From a virus, in the IMG/VR virus record IMGVR_UViG_3300046838_000032, positions 1 through 59,165 of that record: a DNA stretch of 59,165 bases. One strand, given 5' to 3'. Position 1 is the first letter of the stretch, and each line of letters starts with the position of its first letter. Shown here one piece after another: positions 22,473 through 32,023 of the stretch. The notes under the pieces are model-generated. The model had not been told where the DNA came from, made no database searches, and worked only from the letters and a program-made list of their open reading frames with translations. The position numbers and the translations under genes were made by a program.

Positions 22473-23600
22473 TCATCGAGCGATTCCGGCGACACCGCCA
22501 CCCCTGACTGTTTTCAGGATAGGACGCGCGTTCGATCCTGTGTGCCAGCGACTTGCCAGCGACGGTAGTTCCTGGGTCGCTGCAAGATCGAGGTCGGCAC
22601 CTCGGGTGTACACCCCGATCATGGCGTGGTTGTTCTTGGCCCATCCCATGCGCGCGGAGAGCACGTCGATCTGGCTCGGGTCTGCCTGATATCGCTCTGT
22701 GAAATTGGCACGACGAAAGGCATGTGGTGGCCGGTTCTCAACGCCAGCTTTATCGCAGATGCGTTTCAGCACATAGCGCAACTGATCTGGTGTGAGTGGC
22801 GTGCCGCGGATCGACGTCCAGAGGTATGCGTGGTGCTCGGCTCGAGCGAGGGTCGAGCGCATGTCGATCCATTCGGCAAGCCGTCGCAACGTCTGTCCGC
22901 CGCGCGGGTCTTCAGTATCACGGATGCTGAGCGTGCGCTGCTTGCCACCCTTGCCGCGCCGGACCATGATGCGTCCACCATCGAGATCGACGTCGGCGAC
23001 GGACATGCTGCAACACTCGTCAGCTCGGATGCCCGCGTCAGAAAGAACGTAGAGTAACGCCAGGTCGCGTGAGATCGAGATCCGTGGCGCTTGTGTCGTC
23101 TCGTCCATCAGTCGGCGCAAGACAGCATGCTCGAGCGCGCGGAACTCTTCTGGCCGGATGCGCGGCTGGATACGCTCGGGCACCTCTGGCGGTCTGAGGT
23201 GCGTCAGGTCAGGCACGGACACACCCTGAGCCAGTAGCCAGCGAGCCAGTGCGCGCGCCGAGAACGCCACGCCGTTAGCTTTGGCCTGCCCGCCCTTGTA
23301 GTTCCGTGCGCCTTCTTTGGTGAGGCACGTGCGGAACGCCTTGCGGAGCAGATCAGGCGTGAGTTCGGCGACGTAGTAAGCGCGCTGCGTTGCAGCGAAT
23401 GCCGCGAGCCATTCGAGATGACCGCGGTATGTCCTGACCGTCGCTGCGGACGGCACGCGCGGCCCCTCAAACGGCCACGCTTCCAGAAACGAGGAGATAG
23501 CGTCATCGAGCCGCAACCTCCTGCCCTTTCCGGGTCTAGATACCTTCCTTGCGGCGTCACCGGCTCCTAATTCGGCACTGCCGCTATCGGCCTCAGACAA
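22473..23600 (-). CDS. int: Tyrosine recombinase / phage integrase
   Basis: GKGGKQRTL, HAFRRANFT and a C-terminal IGVYTRG (catalytic Tyr context). TTG start. Confidence 0.85.
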   Translation of the reverse strand: MSEADSGSAELGAGDAARKVSRPGKGRRLRLDDAISSFLEAWPFEGPRVPSAATVRTYRGHLEWLAAFAATQRAYYVAELTPDLLRKAFRTCLTKEGARNYKGGQAKANGVAFSARALARWLLAQGVSVPDLTHLRPPEVPERIQPRIRPEEFRALEHAVLRRLMDETTQAPRISISRDLALLYVLSDAGIRADECCSMSVADVDLDGGRIMVRRGKGGKQRTLSIRDTEDPRGGQTLRRLAEWIDMRSTLARAEHHAYLWTSIRGTPLTPDQLRYVLKRICDKAGVENRPPHAFRRANFTERYQADPSQIDVLSARMGWAKNNHAMIGVYTRGADLDLAATQELPSLASRWHTGSNARPILKTVRGGGVAGIAR

Positions 23601-23714
23601 TCCGGACCCACCAGTCCTGAGGTGTATACCAGCGTAGCCAACTGGTTACAACTTTGTCACCCACCGTACCAATCTGCGCGGTTGTGGATTTGTAAAAGTC
23701 CACGGACTTCCAAA

Positions 23715-24218
23715 TTAGCGGGTGGCACCTGCTAGGGTACGTTGGCGCGAGAGTCCGGCGAAGGCGCTAACCACGTGCGAACCCAATGTTAGTGGGTTGT
23801 CATCGGCTGAATTAGCCTGCTTGCGCCGTTTGTCCTGCATCTCACGCTTAGCCTGTTCCCGTGACTTAGCAGTGGGGTAGATCGGCGAATTAGCAGTGGT
23901 TCGGCGACGCAGAGACGCTAGGAACGTCACGGCCATCGGTCGCTTGTCTGGTTCGGCGTCGCGGTACGCGGCAAGCAAGCTGGTTTCTTCCGGGGTGAGT
24001 TCTCCTCCTCGTCCCATAGCTGAGGCCATTTCGGCCGGCGTCATATTGAACGCCTTGGCGATCTTGTCCAGGGTGCTATCGGCTACGTACTGTCGCTGAC
24101 CACGCAAAATTTGATAGAGGCCGGACGCATTTAACCCGGTGCGGTTCGCAAACTGCGGCACCGACTCGTCACGCAGATCGAGTTGTCGTCTCAGAAACGC
24201 CCGAAGGGCATCGGTCAC
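23715..24218 (-). CDS. XRE-family HTH protein, CI-like repressor candidate
   Basis: VPQFANRTGLNASGLYQILRGQR...IAKAFNMTPAEM. It is divergent from a Cro-like gene. Confidence 0.65.
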   Translation of the reverse strand: MTDALRAFLRRQLDLRDESVPQFANRTGLNASGLYQILRGQRQYVADSTLDKIAKAFNMTPAEMASAMGRGGELTPEETSLLAAYRDAEPDKRPMAVTFLASLRRRTTANSPIYPTAKSREQAKREMQDKRRKQANSADDNPLTLGSHVVSAFAGLSRQRTLAGATR

Positions 24219-24337
24219 GTCTTGGCTAAATCTCCCGTGGGCTCAAAGTACCACACTATCGTACATCTGTACAGGTATGCACAAATTGCTAACTTTGGGC
24301 CTTGTACTGCTATACACAATAGGTGTAGAGTAGCGCT
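24219..24337. promoter_or_regulatory. Divergent lysis/lysogeny switch region
   Basis: AT-richer 119 nt between the divergent HTH genes. It has repeated (G/A)TACA cores including the palindrome TGTACA (24268-73), and an extended -10-like TGCTATACA (24308-16). Confidence 0.4.
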
Positions 24338-24601
24338 GTGGGATTGAAGACGACCGCCTTCGACCGAGCCGAAGCCTTGGGGTGGTCGATTGCTGAACTT
24401 GCCAAGCGATCCGATCTGTCACTGGAGACGCTTTACAAGCTACGGACTGGCGAACGTCAGCCTGGGCAGAAAGCGATCGAAGGGTTGATGCGGGCGTTCC
24501 CCGCGCTGGGCTATCGCGACCTCTTTGTGCCGTTTGAACGTACGGCTGTACACAAGAGTAGTACAGAACTACAGGATCGGGCCGCAGCCTCAGCGGCATA
24601 A
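24338..24601 (+). CDS. XRE-family HTH protein, Cro-like
   Basis: WSIAELAKRSDLSLETLYKLRTGER. GTG start. It is the first gene of the rightward early block. Confidence 0.6.
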   Translation: MGLKTTAFDRAEALGWSIAELAKRSDLSLETLYKLRTGERQPGQKAIEGLMRAFPALGYRDLFVPFERTAVHKSSTELQDRAAASAA

Positions 24602-24654
24602 GAAACGCCCGGCGGGCTGTCACCCACCGGGCATTCAGGAAAAGGACCAGATAG

Positions 24655-24870
24655 GTGACCCTCTCCAACGTTCAGAGTATGCAGCATTCGCCGGCCGAGT
24701 TGACGCCGGGCCAAGCGCTGAGCCTGCTCTCGCACTGTGAGCGACGTCTGATGCGTCGCACGCGAAGTTACTACGCGGCTCGAGCACGACTCGCCGCGGC
24801 ACGTGAAGAGTTCGCGCAGGTTGAGCGGCTCGCTGGTGAAGCGCGCGTGTATCGGCCTGTGGCGGCATGA
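24655..24870 (+). CDS. Hypothetical protein
   Basis: 71-aa ORF. Its stop overlaps the next start. Confidence 0.4.
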   Translation: MTLSNVQSMQHSPAELTPGQALSLLSHCERRLMRRTRSYYAARARLAAAREEFAQVERLAGEARVYRPVAA

Positions 24871-25130
24871 GCGGCCACACGCGCATCCCACCCATCGTGA
24901 CAGTGGGCGATCTCCCGTTGGGATGGTCGTATATTCGCGGCCACGGCGTCATCTGGCACATCACCAACGACGACTCATCTGTTCGTCACGTAGCGACATT
25001 GTGCAGTAAGAAGATAACTGTCAGCGGTTGGACACGTGGGCATTGGGCAGTAGGGAAAAACTGTCGCAAGTGCTGCGACTTATATCGAGAGTCCCGCTCG
25101 ATTGAATTGTTGGGGGGTCCGGCTGCATGA
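24867..25130 (+). CDS. Hypothetical Cys-containing protein
   Basis: 87-aa ORF with ATGA overlaps on both sides. Confidence 0.45.
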   Translation: MSGHTRIPPIVTVGDLPLGWSYIRGHGVIWHITNDDSSVRHVATLCSKKITVSGWTRGHWAVGKNCRKCCDLYRESRSIELLGGPAA

Positions 25131-25369
25131 CCGACCTTATCGCACTCACCGAGGTGTACGGCGAGTTCGAAGAGAAAGAGCGGCTGGTCTACATCAACCC
25201 CGCGCACATCGTCAGTTTTCACGATGACCAACTCTGGCGACCCCAAGGTACGGAGAAACCGTCAATCAGCGTAATCCGCCTTGTAACAGGCGGAACAGTG
25301 AAGGTTCGGGAATCCGCCGCATGCATCGCGGCCGAGATCAATCAGCAGGCATGGGGAGTCGCGGCATGA
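25127..25369 (+). CDS. Hypothetical protein
   Basis: 80-aa ORF, translationally coupled to its neighbours. Confidence 0.5.
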   Translation: MTDLIALTEVYGEFEEKERLVYINPAHIVSFHDDQLWRPQGTEKPSISVIRLVTGGTVKVRESAACIAAEINQQAWGVAA

Positions 25370-25695
25370 ACGACCAACTGTTACTGGACATTCTGGCGGA
25401 ACTCCGCCAGATCCGGGCCGCACTCGGCAACACCTCTCGGTCAAGCGTCGAATTATCCGAAAACGCCAAGGGTGCCGTTCAGATCACGGTGAAGGCGTAC
25501 AGCGAATCCCCCATTGACACCGCGTGTATTGAAGCGTCGTCCGGATTCGCCACGATGAAGCGCGAAGTGGACCGCGGCCAGATGACGCAGTGGGCCGAGA
25601 CGGTTGCGGATCTCCAGGCCAAGCGAGCAGCGGAACACAAACGGATCTACGGTTCCGAAGCCGACGGCTCAGTCAAATACGACCTGCCAGCATGA
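25366..25695 (+). CDS. Hypothetical protein
   Basis: ATG 25366 overlaps the previous stop (ATGA). 109 aa. Confidence 0.5.
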   Translation: MNDQLLLDILAELRQIRAALGNTSRSSVELSENAKGAVQITVKAYSESPIDTACIEASSGFATMKREVDRGQMTQWAETVADLQAKRAAEHKRIYGSEADGSVKYDLPA

Positions 25696-25889
25696 GTGAC
25701 GAACGGATCTACGTTCTGTACCGGCCGTGCGGTTGCGTCTGCATGGTGCTCCGGCGCCACAGTGGCAACCAGACGCGATTCCTTCAGCAGATGGCACTGA
25801 AAGGTGAGCGCGTTGTCGCGCTCACCGAGGGCGAGATAGTAGGACTCAACTTCCGATGTGCTGAGCATCCGAAGGTCATTGCCGCGTGA
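25692..25889 (+). CDS. Hypothetical Cys-rich small protein
   Basis: ATG 25692 overlaps the previous stop. 65 aa. Confidence 0.45.
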   Translation: MSDERIYVLYRPCGCVCMVLRRHSGNQTRFLQQMALKGERVVALTEGEIVGLNFRCAEHPKVIAA

Positions 25890-26677
25890 AGCAACCGCTA
25901 ATTCTGTCGCTATTTCCTGGCATCGGCCTTCTGGATATGGCTTTCGAGCAAGAAGGGTTCTGCGTTGTGCGCGGACCAGACGTGTTATGGGGCGGCGACG
26001 TTCGCTCGTTTCGTCCACCGTCCAATGTGTTCGACGGCGTGATCGGTGGTCCACCGTGCCAGGAGTTCAGTCCGCTCTCGATCATGGTTCGGCACAACGG
26101 GCATGAGTCTCACTTCGGCAATCTCATCCCAGAGTTTGAGCGATGCGTCTACGATGCGGCGCCGCAGTGGTTCCTGATGGAAAATGTTCCGCCAGCCCCA
26201 CTGCCTGAGGTTGACGGTTACACAGTGAGCGCCAGCCTCTTGAACAACCGCTGGATCGGCGCAGAGCAGAATCGACTGCGTCGCCTGTCGTTTGGGACCG
26301 CAGACGGCCAGGAACTGGACTTTAGTCCAGACCTCGTATTGTTTGAAGCTCCGTACGCCACCGCCGTCACCAGTAGTGACGGCGGTGGCGTAATGCGCGG
26401 GAAGTTCGCGGTAACAGCACGACATGCGTCCCGCATGTCGTGGGTGCCCGGCAGTGTCACTGCCGGGCACGGCGGGGCTCCGAAGAAGGGCATCTATGTG
26501 TATTCACTAGAGGATGCTTGCGAGTTGCAGGGGTTACCTCGTGATTTCACAGAGGAAATGCCATTTCGCAAGGAGGCGAAATTGAAGGCTGTCGCGAACG
26601 GAGTACCCATTCCAATGGGTCGCGCGATCGCTCGCGCCGTCAGACGTGCGATGGGATATGAGGAAATGGCGGCGTGA
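25886..26677 (+). CDS. DNA (cytosine-5) methyltransferase
   Basis: Motif I LFPGIGLLD, motif IV GGPPCQEFS, motif VI FLMENV, and C-terminal QGLPRDF and NGVPIPMG. Confidence 0.85.
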   Translation: MKQPLILSLFPGIGLLDMAFEQEGFCVVRGPDVLWGGDVRSFRPPSNVFDGVIGGPPCQEFSPLSIMVRHNGHESHFGNLIPEFERCVYDAAPQWFLMENVPPAPLPEVDGYTVSASLLNNRWIGAEQNRLRRLSFGTADGQELDFSPDLVLFEAPYATAVTSSDGGGVMRGKFAVTARHASRMSWVPGSVTAGHGGAPKKGIYVYSLEDACELQGLPRDFTEEMPFRKEAKLKAVANGVPIPMGRAIARAVRRAMGYEEMAA

Positions 26678-27123
26678 CGCTCCGTGTGCTCGGTGCCGCG
26701 ATGGTGCTAACCACTATGACGACCAGTCTTGCCCGTGCCGATGAGATCCCGGAGAACGTGATAACGGCTGCGGACGAGGCTGGCGTCTCACCTATTGATC
26801 TCGCGGGCGCAGTTAACAGCACCGGCCTTGAGCCGCGCGTCTATGAATGCTTGGTGGACGGACGCCTTTGTCCGCCCACCAACACTCCGCGCAACGCTGT
26901 CGCTGATTGTGTGATTGAGCACGAGTCACATGGCAATCCGAATGCCGTCAATCGCAAGACTGGTGCCGCAGGACTCGGTCAGTTCTTGGCGTCAACTTGG
27001 CGCACAACGCCGCAGGGCCGATCTGGTAAATCAGTGTTCGATCCGGTTGCCAACCGTAGTGCAGTGGAGTGGATGCTCAGCGTCGGCCGCGGACGAGAGT
27101 TCGTAGGACTGCGAGGGTGCTGA
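26674..27123 (+). CDS. Secreted lytic transglycosylase (SLT domain)
   Basis: Signal-like N-terminus ending LARADE. Motifs EHESHGNPNAV...GAAGLGQFLASTW. Confidence 0.75.
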   Translation: MTLRVLGAAMVLTTMTTSLARADEIPENVITAADEAGVSPIDLAGAVNSTGLEPRVYECLVDGRLCPPTNTPRNAVADCVIEHESHGNPNAVNRKTGAAGLGQFLASTWRTTPQGRSGKSVFDPVANRSAVEWMLSVGRGREFVGLRGC

Positions 27124-27242
27124 TGTCGTTTCGCGGCTTCGTCTGGATTGCAGCGCTCATCATCTCGCTTATGTTCTGGGGCGGGATCGCGCTGTCGGTG
27201 TATTCGCTCTGGCGCATGTTGCGTCAGGCGTGGGGAATCTGA
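27123..27242 (+). CDS. 39-aa single-TM peptide
   Basis: MSFRGFVWIAALIISLMFWGGIALSVYSLWRMLRQAWGI. Start and stop both overlap the neighbouring genes. Confidence 0.4.
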   Translation: MSFRGFVWIAALIISLMFWGGIALSVYSLWRMLRQAWGI

Positions 27243-28249
27243 TGACAACGAATGGAACAGCGCTCGCACCGCGCGAGCAGGCCAACATCATCGAATCGGT
27301 TATTGCGGCCGGTGACCTGTCCAAACTGACGCCGGCACAAAGAACGACGTACTACCTCGAACGCTGCCGATCAATCGGCCTGAACGAGATGACGCAGCCG
27401 TTCGAGTACCTGCACCTCAACGGAAAACTGATCCTGTACGCCAACAAGGGATGCACCGATCAGCTCCGCGACATCAAGGATGTGAGCATCACCCGCGTTG
27501 ACAAGGAGATCGTGGGCGATATCTACATCGCCACGGCATACGCGCAGCGTGGTGACCGCCAGGACTCGGAGATCGGTGCCGTCAACGTCACCGGCCTCCG
27601 GGGAGTCGACCTGGCGAACGCGATGATGAAAGCCGTCACCAAGGCAAAGCGCCGCGTCACATTGAGCATCTGCGGTCTTGGCATGCTGGACGAATCGGAA
27701 GTTGAGACGATCCCCAACGCGCAGACCGTGGTCGTGGACGGCACAACAGGCGAAGTGCTCGAGACGCGACCCGCCAGGCCGGAGATGGTGGACGATCAGG
27801 ATTCACGGTTCGCCGAGTGGCTCCAACTGGCAAGCGAGGCAGCAAATCTGAAGATCATCAAGGTTCCATCGCTGATGCCACCGGTCGAGCTGACGACGCT
27901 TCGTCTGGAGTACGGGAAACTCCGCAAGGCGATCAAGCAGGCCAAAGAGGCCGCTGCATCTCCCTCCCAGGATGCGGCGGAACTGAGTCGCGTGTCCGAG
28001 ATTGTCCCCACCGTCTCGGACGCGCGCGACTCGGAACCCGTGTTCACCGATGCGCTGGTGACAGATAAGAATCACCCGCTCTGGAAACGGTGGCTCTCTG
28101 CGGAGGCTGCCGCTCGCAAGGCAGAACTCGGCATCGACACATCCGGAGTGAAGCTCGGGAAGGTGACGGAGATTGCGCTCGATGCGAGCTGCGCCGATCT
28201 TGAGTCAATGGTGTACGAGGCGAAGTCAGACAGCGAGGTGGCGTTCTGA
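27242..28249 (+). CDS. Putative single-strand annealing recombinase (RecT/Redbeta/ERF-type)
   Basis: 335 aa with AMMKAVTKAKRRVTLSICGLGMLDESE and an acidic C-terminal tail. RusA lies downstream. The family assignment is not secure. Confidence 0.4.
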   Translation: MTTNGTALAPREQANIIESVIAAGDLSKLTPAQRTTYYLERCRSIGLNEMTQPFEYLHLNGKLILYANKGCTDQLRDIKDVSITRVDKEIVGDIYIATAYAQRGDRQDSEIGAVNVTGLRGVDLANAMMKAVTKAKRRVTLSICGLGMLDESEVETIPNAQTVVVDGTTGEVLETRPARPEMVDDQDSRFAEWLQLASEAANLKIIKVPSLMPPVELTTLRLEYGKLRKAIKQAKEAAASPSQDAAELSRVSEIVPTVSDARDSEPVFTDALVTDKNHPLWKRWLSAEAAARKAELGIDTSGVKLGKVTEIALDASCADLESMVYEAKSDSEVAF

Positions 28250-28743
28250 TGCCTTCACCTCATCCCACCGGCATTGATCTGGCCGTGCAGTTGACGTGCA
28301 TCCTGCCGGCTAGTCGCGGATGGAGCAAGAATGCCGATCCCGTCACCTCATCGTCCGTGGCACGCGCTATGGGACTCCACCCGAGTTCCGTACATGCATG
28401 GCGCACTGGCCGGCGGCGGGTGCCCGAGCAGTACGTGCCTCCGCTTGCCGCCGCATTGGGCATGACGGTTGACGAACTCGTTGCGCTCGTGCCGAGCCAA
28501 GAACCAGAACAGGAGTTTGTCCAAGCAACTCCTGTCGCCATGACTGCGCCGCGGTACGAACTCTACTGCATGATGTGCGGTCGCGGGACTGGCTCCAGTG
28601 GCGCATTGCGGTCCACCTCGACGCTGCCGCCAATCTGGGCCACGCCGAAGTGCGGCGCATGCGGTGGCGTCATGATGGCACGCGAGGTCGAACCGAACGA
28701 ATCACGGGTTGACTTCGACAAACTCATGCGAGCCGCGGCGTGA
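28249..28743 (+). CDS. HTH plus zinc-ribbon protein
   Basis: VARAMGLHPSSVHAWRTGRRRVP and CMMCG...CGACGG. Confidence 0.5.
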   Translation: MPSPHPTGIDLAVQLTCILPASRGWSKNADPVTSSSVARAMGLHPSSVHAWRTGRRRVPEQYVPPLAAALGMTVDELVALVPSQEPEQEFVQATPVAMTAPRYELYCMMCGRGTGSSGALRSTSTLPPIWATPKCGACGGVMMAREVEPNESRVDFDKLMRAAA

Positions 28744-29081
28744 CGGCGGCTCACTATTGCCCGATCCACGAGGAAGACGTGGGTGCATGCGATGCGGAGT
28801 GCGCCGACGCGCGCGCAGAACTACGGAAACTCGCGCGTGCGTACAGCATGTTGTGGCTGGATCGGAAACGCGGTCATGCCGCGCACCGTGAATACAAGTC
28901 GCTCGGTGCCATCTGGGCTGTGCGATTCGGTAAACGCCTGGGAGTTGTCAGGCGTGTCACATCGCCTTCGTATCTGTGTGTGAACTGTGGCGAGCAACCT
29001 CAGGGTCGCTGGAAACGGCTGTGTTCTCAGTGCCGCTACCAACACGAACTCGGCTTGTGGGCTGAGCGGACAGCAGCGTGA
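28740..29081 (+). CDS. Hypothetical Cys-rich protein
   Basis: 113-aa ORF with CxxH and CxxC pairs. Confidence 0.45.
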   Translation: MTAAHYCPIHEEDVGACDAECADARAELRKLARAYSMLWLDRKRGHAAHREYKSLGAIWAVRFGKRLGVVRRVTSPSYLCVNCGEQPQGRWKRLCSQCRYQHELGLWAERTAA

Positions 29082-29248
29082 CAGATCGCGAGGTGTGCAA
29101 GCACGGTCACGTCGGCTGGATGCACAAGCGCTATCAGTGGTACAGGGAAAAGCAGAAATCCTATTGGACCTGGCGATGTGCAGAATGCGCGCGAATATGG
29201 GCCGCGGCTTATGACCGTCGGAACCGCAAGCAGGCTGGCCGCGCATGA
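29078..29248 (+). CDS. Small Cys-containing protein
   Basis: 56 aa read by hand. The GTG overlaps the previous stop, and its own stop overlaps ATG 29245. Confidence 0.35.
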   Translation: MTDREVCKHGHVGWMHKRYQWYREKQKSYWTWRCAECARIWAAAYDRRNRKQAGRA

Positions 29249-30489
29249 TCCGACTTCTTCAGGGCGACTGCCGCGAGACATTGCGCGATGTCGATGCGGG
29301 TTCGATCCAGTGCTGCGTAACGAGCCCCCCTTATTACGGGCTTCGGGACTATGGGACCGAGCCGCTGGTGTGGGGCGGCGACGCCGAAGGGCACGCGCAT
29401 GAATGGCAACTGACCAAAGGTCTCGGAAAGTCCGCCGGACTTTCCGAGAAGCAATTGACCAACCCCGGCGCGTACCACGCGCCGGGGTTACATGGAAGTT
29501 GTGTCTGTGGTGCATGGCGTGGCTCGCTTGGTCTGGAGCCGACACCCGAATTGTTCATCGAGCACCTCGCCGAGTGCTTTCGGGAGGTGCGACGGGTGCT
29601 CCGGGATGACGGGACGCTCTGGGTCAACCTTGGGGATTCTTACGCGGGCAGCGGAAAGGGACCGAGCAACGGGGCATCAAAACAGACGACGAACAAAGGC
29701 TCGCTGATTACCAACCATCGGAATCCGAGCCAGTTCGCAAACGGTCAGGCACCGACAACGTGGTTGTCAGTACCTGCTGGAGCTAAGCCGAAGGATCTTC
29801 TCATGATGCCGTTCCGTCTAGCGCTGGCGCTCCAGGCGGACGGCTGGTACTTGCGGTCCGTCATCCCCTGGCTCAAACGCAACAGCATGCCAGAGAGCGT
29901 TACCGACCGGCCGAGCACGAGTATCGAATACGTGTTCCTGCTGGCGAAGTCGGCTCGGTACTACTGGAACGCCGATGCGGTGCGACAGGAACAGGTGCGG
30001 TTGTGGACCGCTGAAACTAACGGCAACGGGCCGAACTTTAGGGGTAACCTCGACCCCCGCAACGATCCCGTAACACAAGATGGGCTCCGTGGTACACCGC
30101 TAGGTCCCAACCCTGCTGGCCGCAATCGGCGCAACTCCGATTGGTTCTTCGAGTCGTGGCAAGGCCTCATGCTGGACGAGGACGACGATCCGCTCGCGCT
30201 GGTAGTCAACCCGCAGCCGTTCAAAGGCTCACATTTCGCCACGTTCCCAGCGAAGTTGGTTGAGCCGATGGTCAAGGCCAGCACGCGGGAAGGCGACACG
30301 GTCCTCGATTGCTTCTCCGGTGCCGGCACGGTAGGTCTGGTCGCGGACCGTCTCGGACGAAATGCTGTGCTCTGCGAATTGAAGTCTGACTACCGCGACA
30401 TGGCGCACGGTCGGATCAAGAACGACGCGCCGCTATTTGCCGAAGTCGAGGGGGGGGGCGAGCGCAGTGCCCGAGCCTCTCATGGATAA
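29245..30489 (+). CDS. DNA N4-cytosine/N6-adenine methyltransferase (SPPY motif)
   Basis: CCVTSPPYYGLRDYG near the N-terminus. HFATFPAKLVEP...VLDCFSGAGT near the C-terminus. Confidence 0.85.
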   Translation: MIRLLQGDCRETLRDVDAGSIQCCVTSPPYYGLRDYGTEPLVWGGDAEGHAHEWQLTKGLGKSAGLSEKQLTNPGAYHAPGLHGSCVCGAWRGSLGLEPTPELFIEHLAECFREVRRVLRDDGTLWVNLGDSYAGSGKGPSNGASKQTTNKGSLITNHRNPSQFANGQAPTTWLSVPAGAKPKDLLMMPFRLALALQADGWYLRSVIPWLKRNSMPESVTDRPSTSIEYVFLLAKSARYYWNADAVRQEQVRLWTAETNGNGPNFRGNLDPRNDPVTQDGLRGTPLGPNPAGRNRRNSDWFFESWQGLMLDEDDDPLALVVNPQPFKGSHFATFPAKLVEPMVKASTREGDTVLDCFSGAGTVGLVADRLGRNAVLCELKSDYRDMAHGRIKNDAPLFAEVEGGGERSARASHG

Positions 30490-30558
30490 GCAGGGCGCGC
30501 TCAACAAGCGGACGTACACCGGCTTCAACGAGCGATGGAATGCGCGAGAGGCCGGCGC

Positions 30559-30927
30559 ATGATCCAAACCGTCACCATATTTGACTGGCTCCCAACGATG
30601 TCAGCGAACGGCAGTCATGGGCACTGGGCGCAGGCTAAGAAGAAGCATGACATCGACCGCGACACGGCATGGGCGAGCGCGAAGTACGCCGGCTGGAAAC
30701 GATTCGATGGCAAGGTGCGCGTAACGGTGACGTTGTACTTCGCACAGCGGCGCCGGCGGGACGCTGACAATTTGCACTATCGCGTCAAAGGTTGCGTCGA
30801 TGGCATCAAGGACTTCTGCGTAGACGACTCGACAGACTGGATGGAACTCGTCGTCACTGCTCAGTCGCCACTGCCGAATGTTCCTGCTCGCAAGGCAACC
30901 GAGATCTCTATGGAACTGCTGGCATGA
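30559..30927 (+). CDS. RusA-family Holliday junction resolvase
   Basis: VTLYFAQRRRRDADNLHYRVKGCVDGI. Confidence 0.72.
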   Translation: MIQTVTIFDWLPTMSANGSHGHWAQAKKKHDIDRDTAWASAKYAGWKRFDGKVRVTVTLYFAQRRRRDADNLHYRVKGCVDGIKDFCVDDSTDWMELVVTAQSPLPNVPARKATEISMELLA

Positions 30928-31103
30928 CCACCAACGTCTTCGCGCGCATGGTGCGGCGCTTGGATGCTGCGGCCGACGAGTTGGATCGGATGGCAAAGGA
31001 GGCGCCGGCACTGCATGGTGATGGACGACTTGAACGATTGTGGGCGGCGCACCTCCGCGAAGACGCGACGTATATGAAAACACTCTCGCTGAGGCAAGCA
31101 TGA
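30924..31103 (+). CDS. Hypothetical small protein
   Basis: 59 aa. The ATG overlaps the RusA stop. Confidence 0.4.
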   Translation: MTTNVFARMVRRLDAAADELDRMAKEAPALHGDGRLERLWAAHLREDATYMKTLSLRQA

Positions 31104-31199
31104 TGCAGCCCCACGAGGTAAGATACGTGCATCTGAATAGGTGGGAGCGGCGCCGCGCTAACGGCCCGCTCCCTGGCACCGAGGAGGTTTGGTCCTGCG

Positions 31200-31418
31200 A
31201 TGCAGTTTGATTCTACTGACGCTGCGGGTGACGGCGCAGCACGACGACTCGATAGGTTCGAGTTGTTCCCTACATTGAGTCGCAAGACATCGGCTGAGGT
31301 TGGTCGGCGTGCGCGAGCTGATATGCGCGTCGCTCAGGCTGGTGCCGCCGATAGAGACTCGCTCGACATCCTGCGGGTCTGTGGCTGGGTGCTCATCCAG
31401 CGTGAGTTCACGCCGTGA
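31200..31418 (+). CDS. Hypothetical protein
   Basis: 72-aa ORF. Confidence 0.35.
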   Translation: MQFDSTDAAGDGAARRLDRFELFPTLSRKTSAEVGRRARADMRVAQAGAADRDSLDILRVCGWVLIQREFTP

Positions 31419-32017
31419 CGACGCAGAGTCGCGGCGATGATCTCGACCTCGAGCCGACGGTTGCCGACTACGAGCGGTGGGACGTGCGCGATGAGAAGCT
31501 GCCGCCGGTGGATGGCCTGGCGGAAGCAGTCGTTTTGCATCACTGCGTCTACGATCCGACTCTGATCGATAAGGTCGATCTCGGACCGATGCTCACCTTC
31601 CCTGAGCACCGCGAGATCTGGCGCGTTCTGCGGATCACGCGCGCGCGCTACCGCGGTGATCCGGCAGGCTTCCTCGCCGAGTGGTGGCTTGACCTGAGCC
31701 GCGCGCATCCTGACAAGTGGTATCTGTACGACGATCTGCTGACGTCGGTTGCAGAACGCGAGACGTTCCGTGCCTTCCAGCAGTACCGCGCCGGCTACGG
31801 TGACCAGCCGTTCACCACGTTTCTTCACGACGTGGACTGGTGGCTGGCGCACCTCATGAACATCGCCGAAGCACGAGTCGCGTTGTCCGTACTCCAGGCT
31901 GAGTCCGAGCGGTTATGGCGAGTGCCAGAACGGCCGCGGTCAGTCAGAGATTCACTGAACACGGTCCGTCAACGGCTCGCGCCGCTCATTGATGACGTCA
32001 TCCGCGTCAACGTTTGA
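31415..32017 (+). CDS. DnaB N-terminal-domain-like protein
   Basis: LPPVDGLAEAVVLHHCVYDPTLIDKVDLGPMLTFPEHREIWRVL resembles the DnaB N-domain signature (PP..EAE..vLG...d.....F....hr.if). Confidence 0.45.
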   Translation: MTTQSRGDDLDLEPTVADYERWDVRDEKLPPVDGLAEAVVLHHCVYDPTLIDKVDLGPMLTFPEHREIWRVLRITRARYRGDPAGFLAEWWLDLSRAHPDKWYLYDDLLTSVAERETFRAFQQYRAGYGDQPFTTFLHDVDWWLAHLMNIAEARVALSVLQAESERLWRVPERPRSVRDSLNTVRQRLAPLIDDVIRVNV

Positions 32018-32023
32018 GAATTC

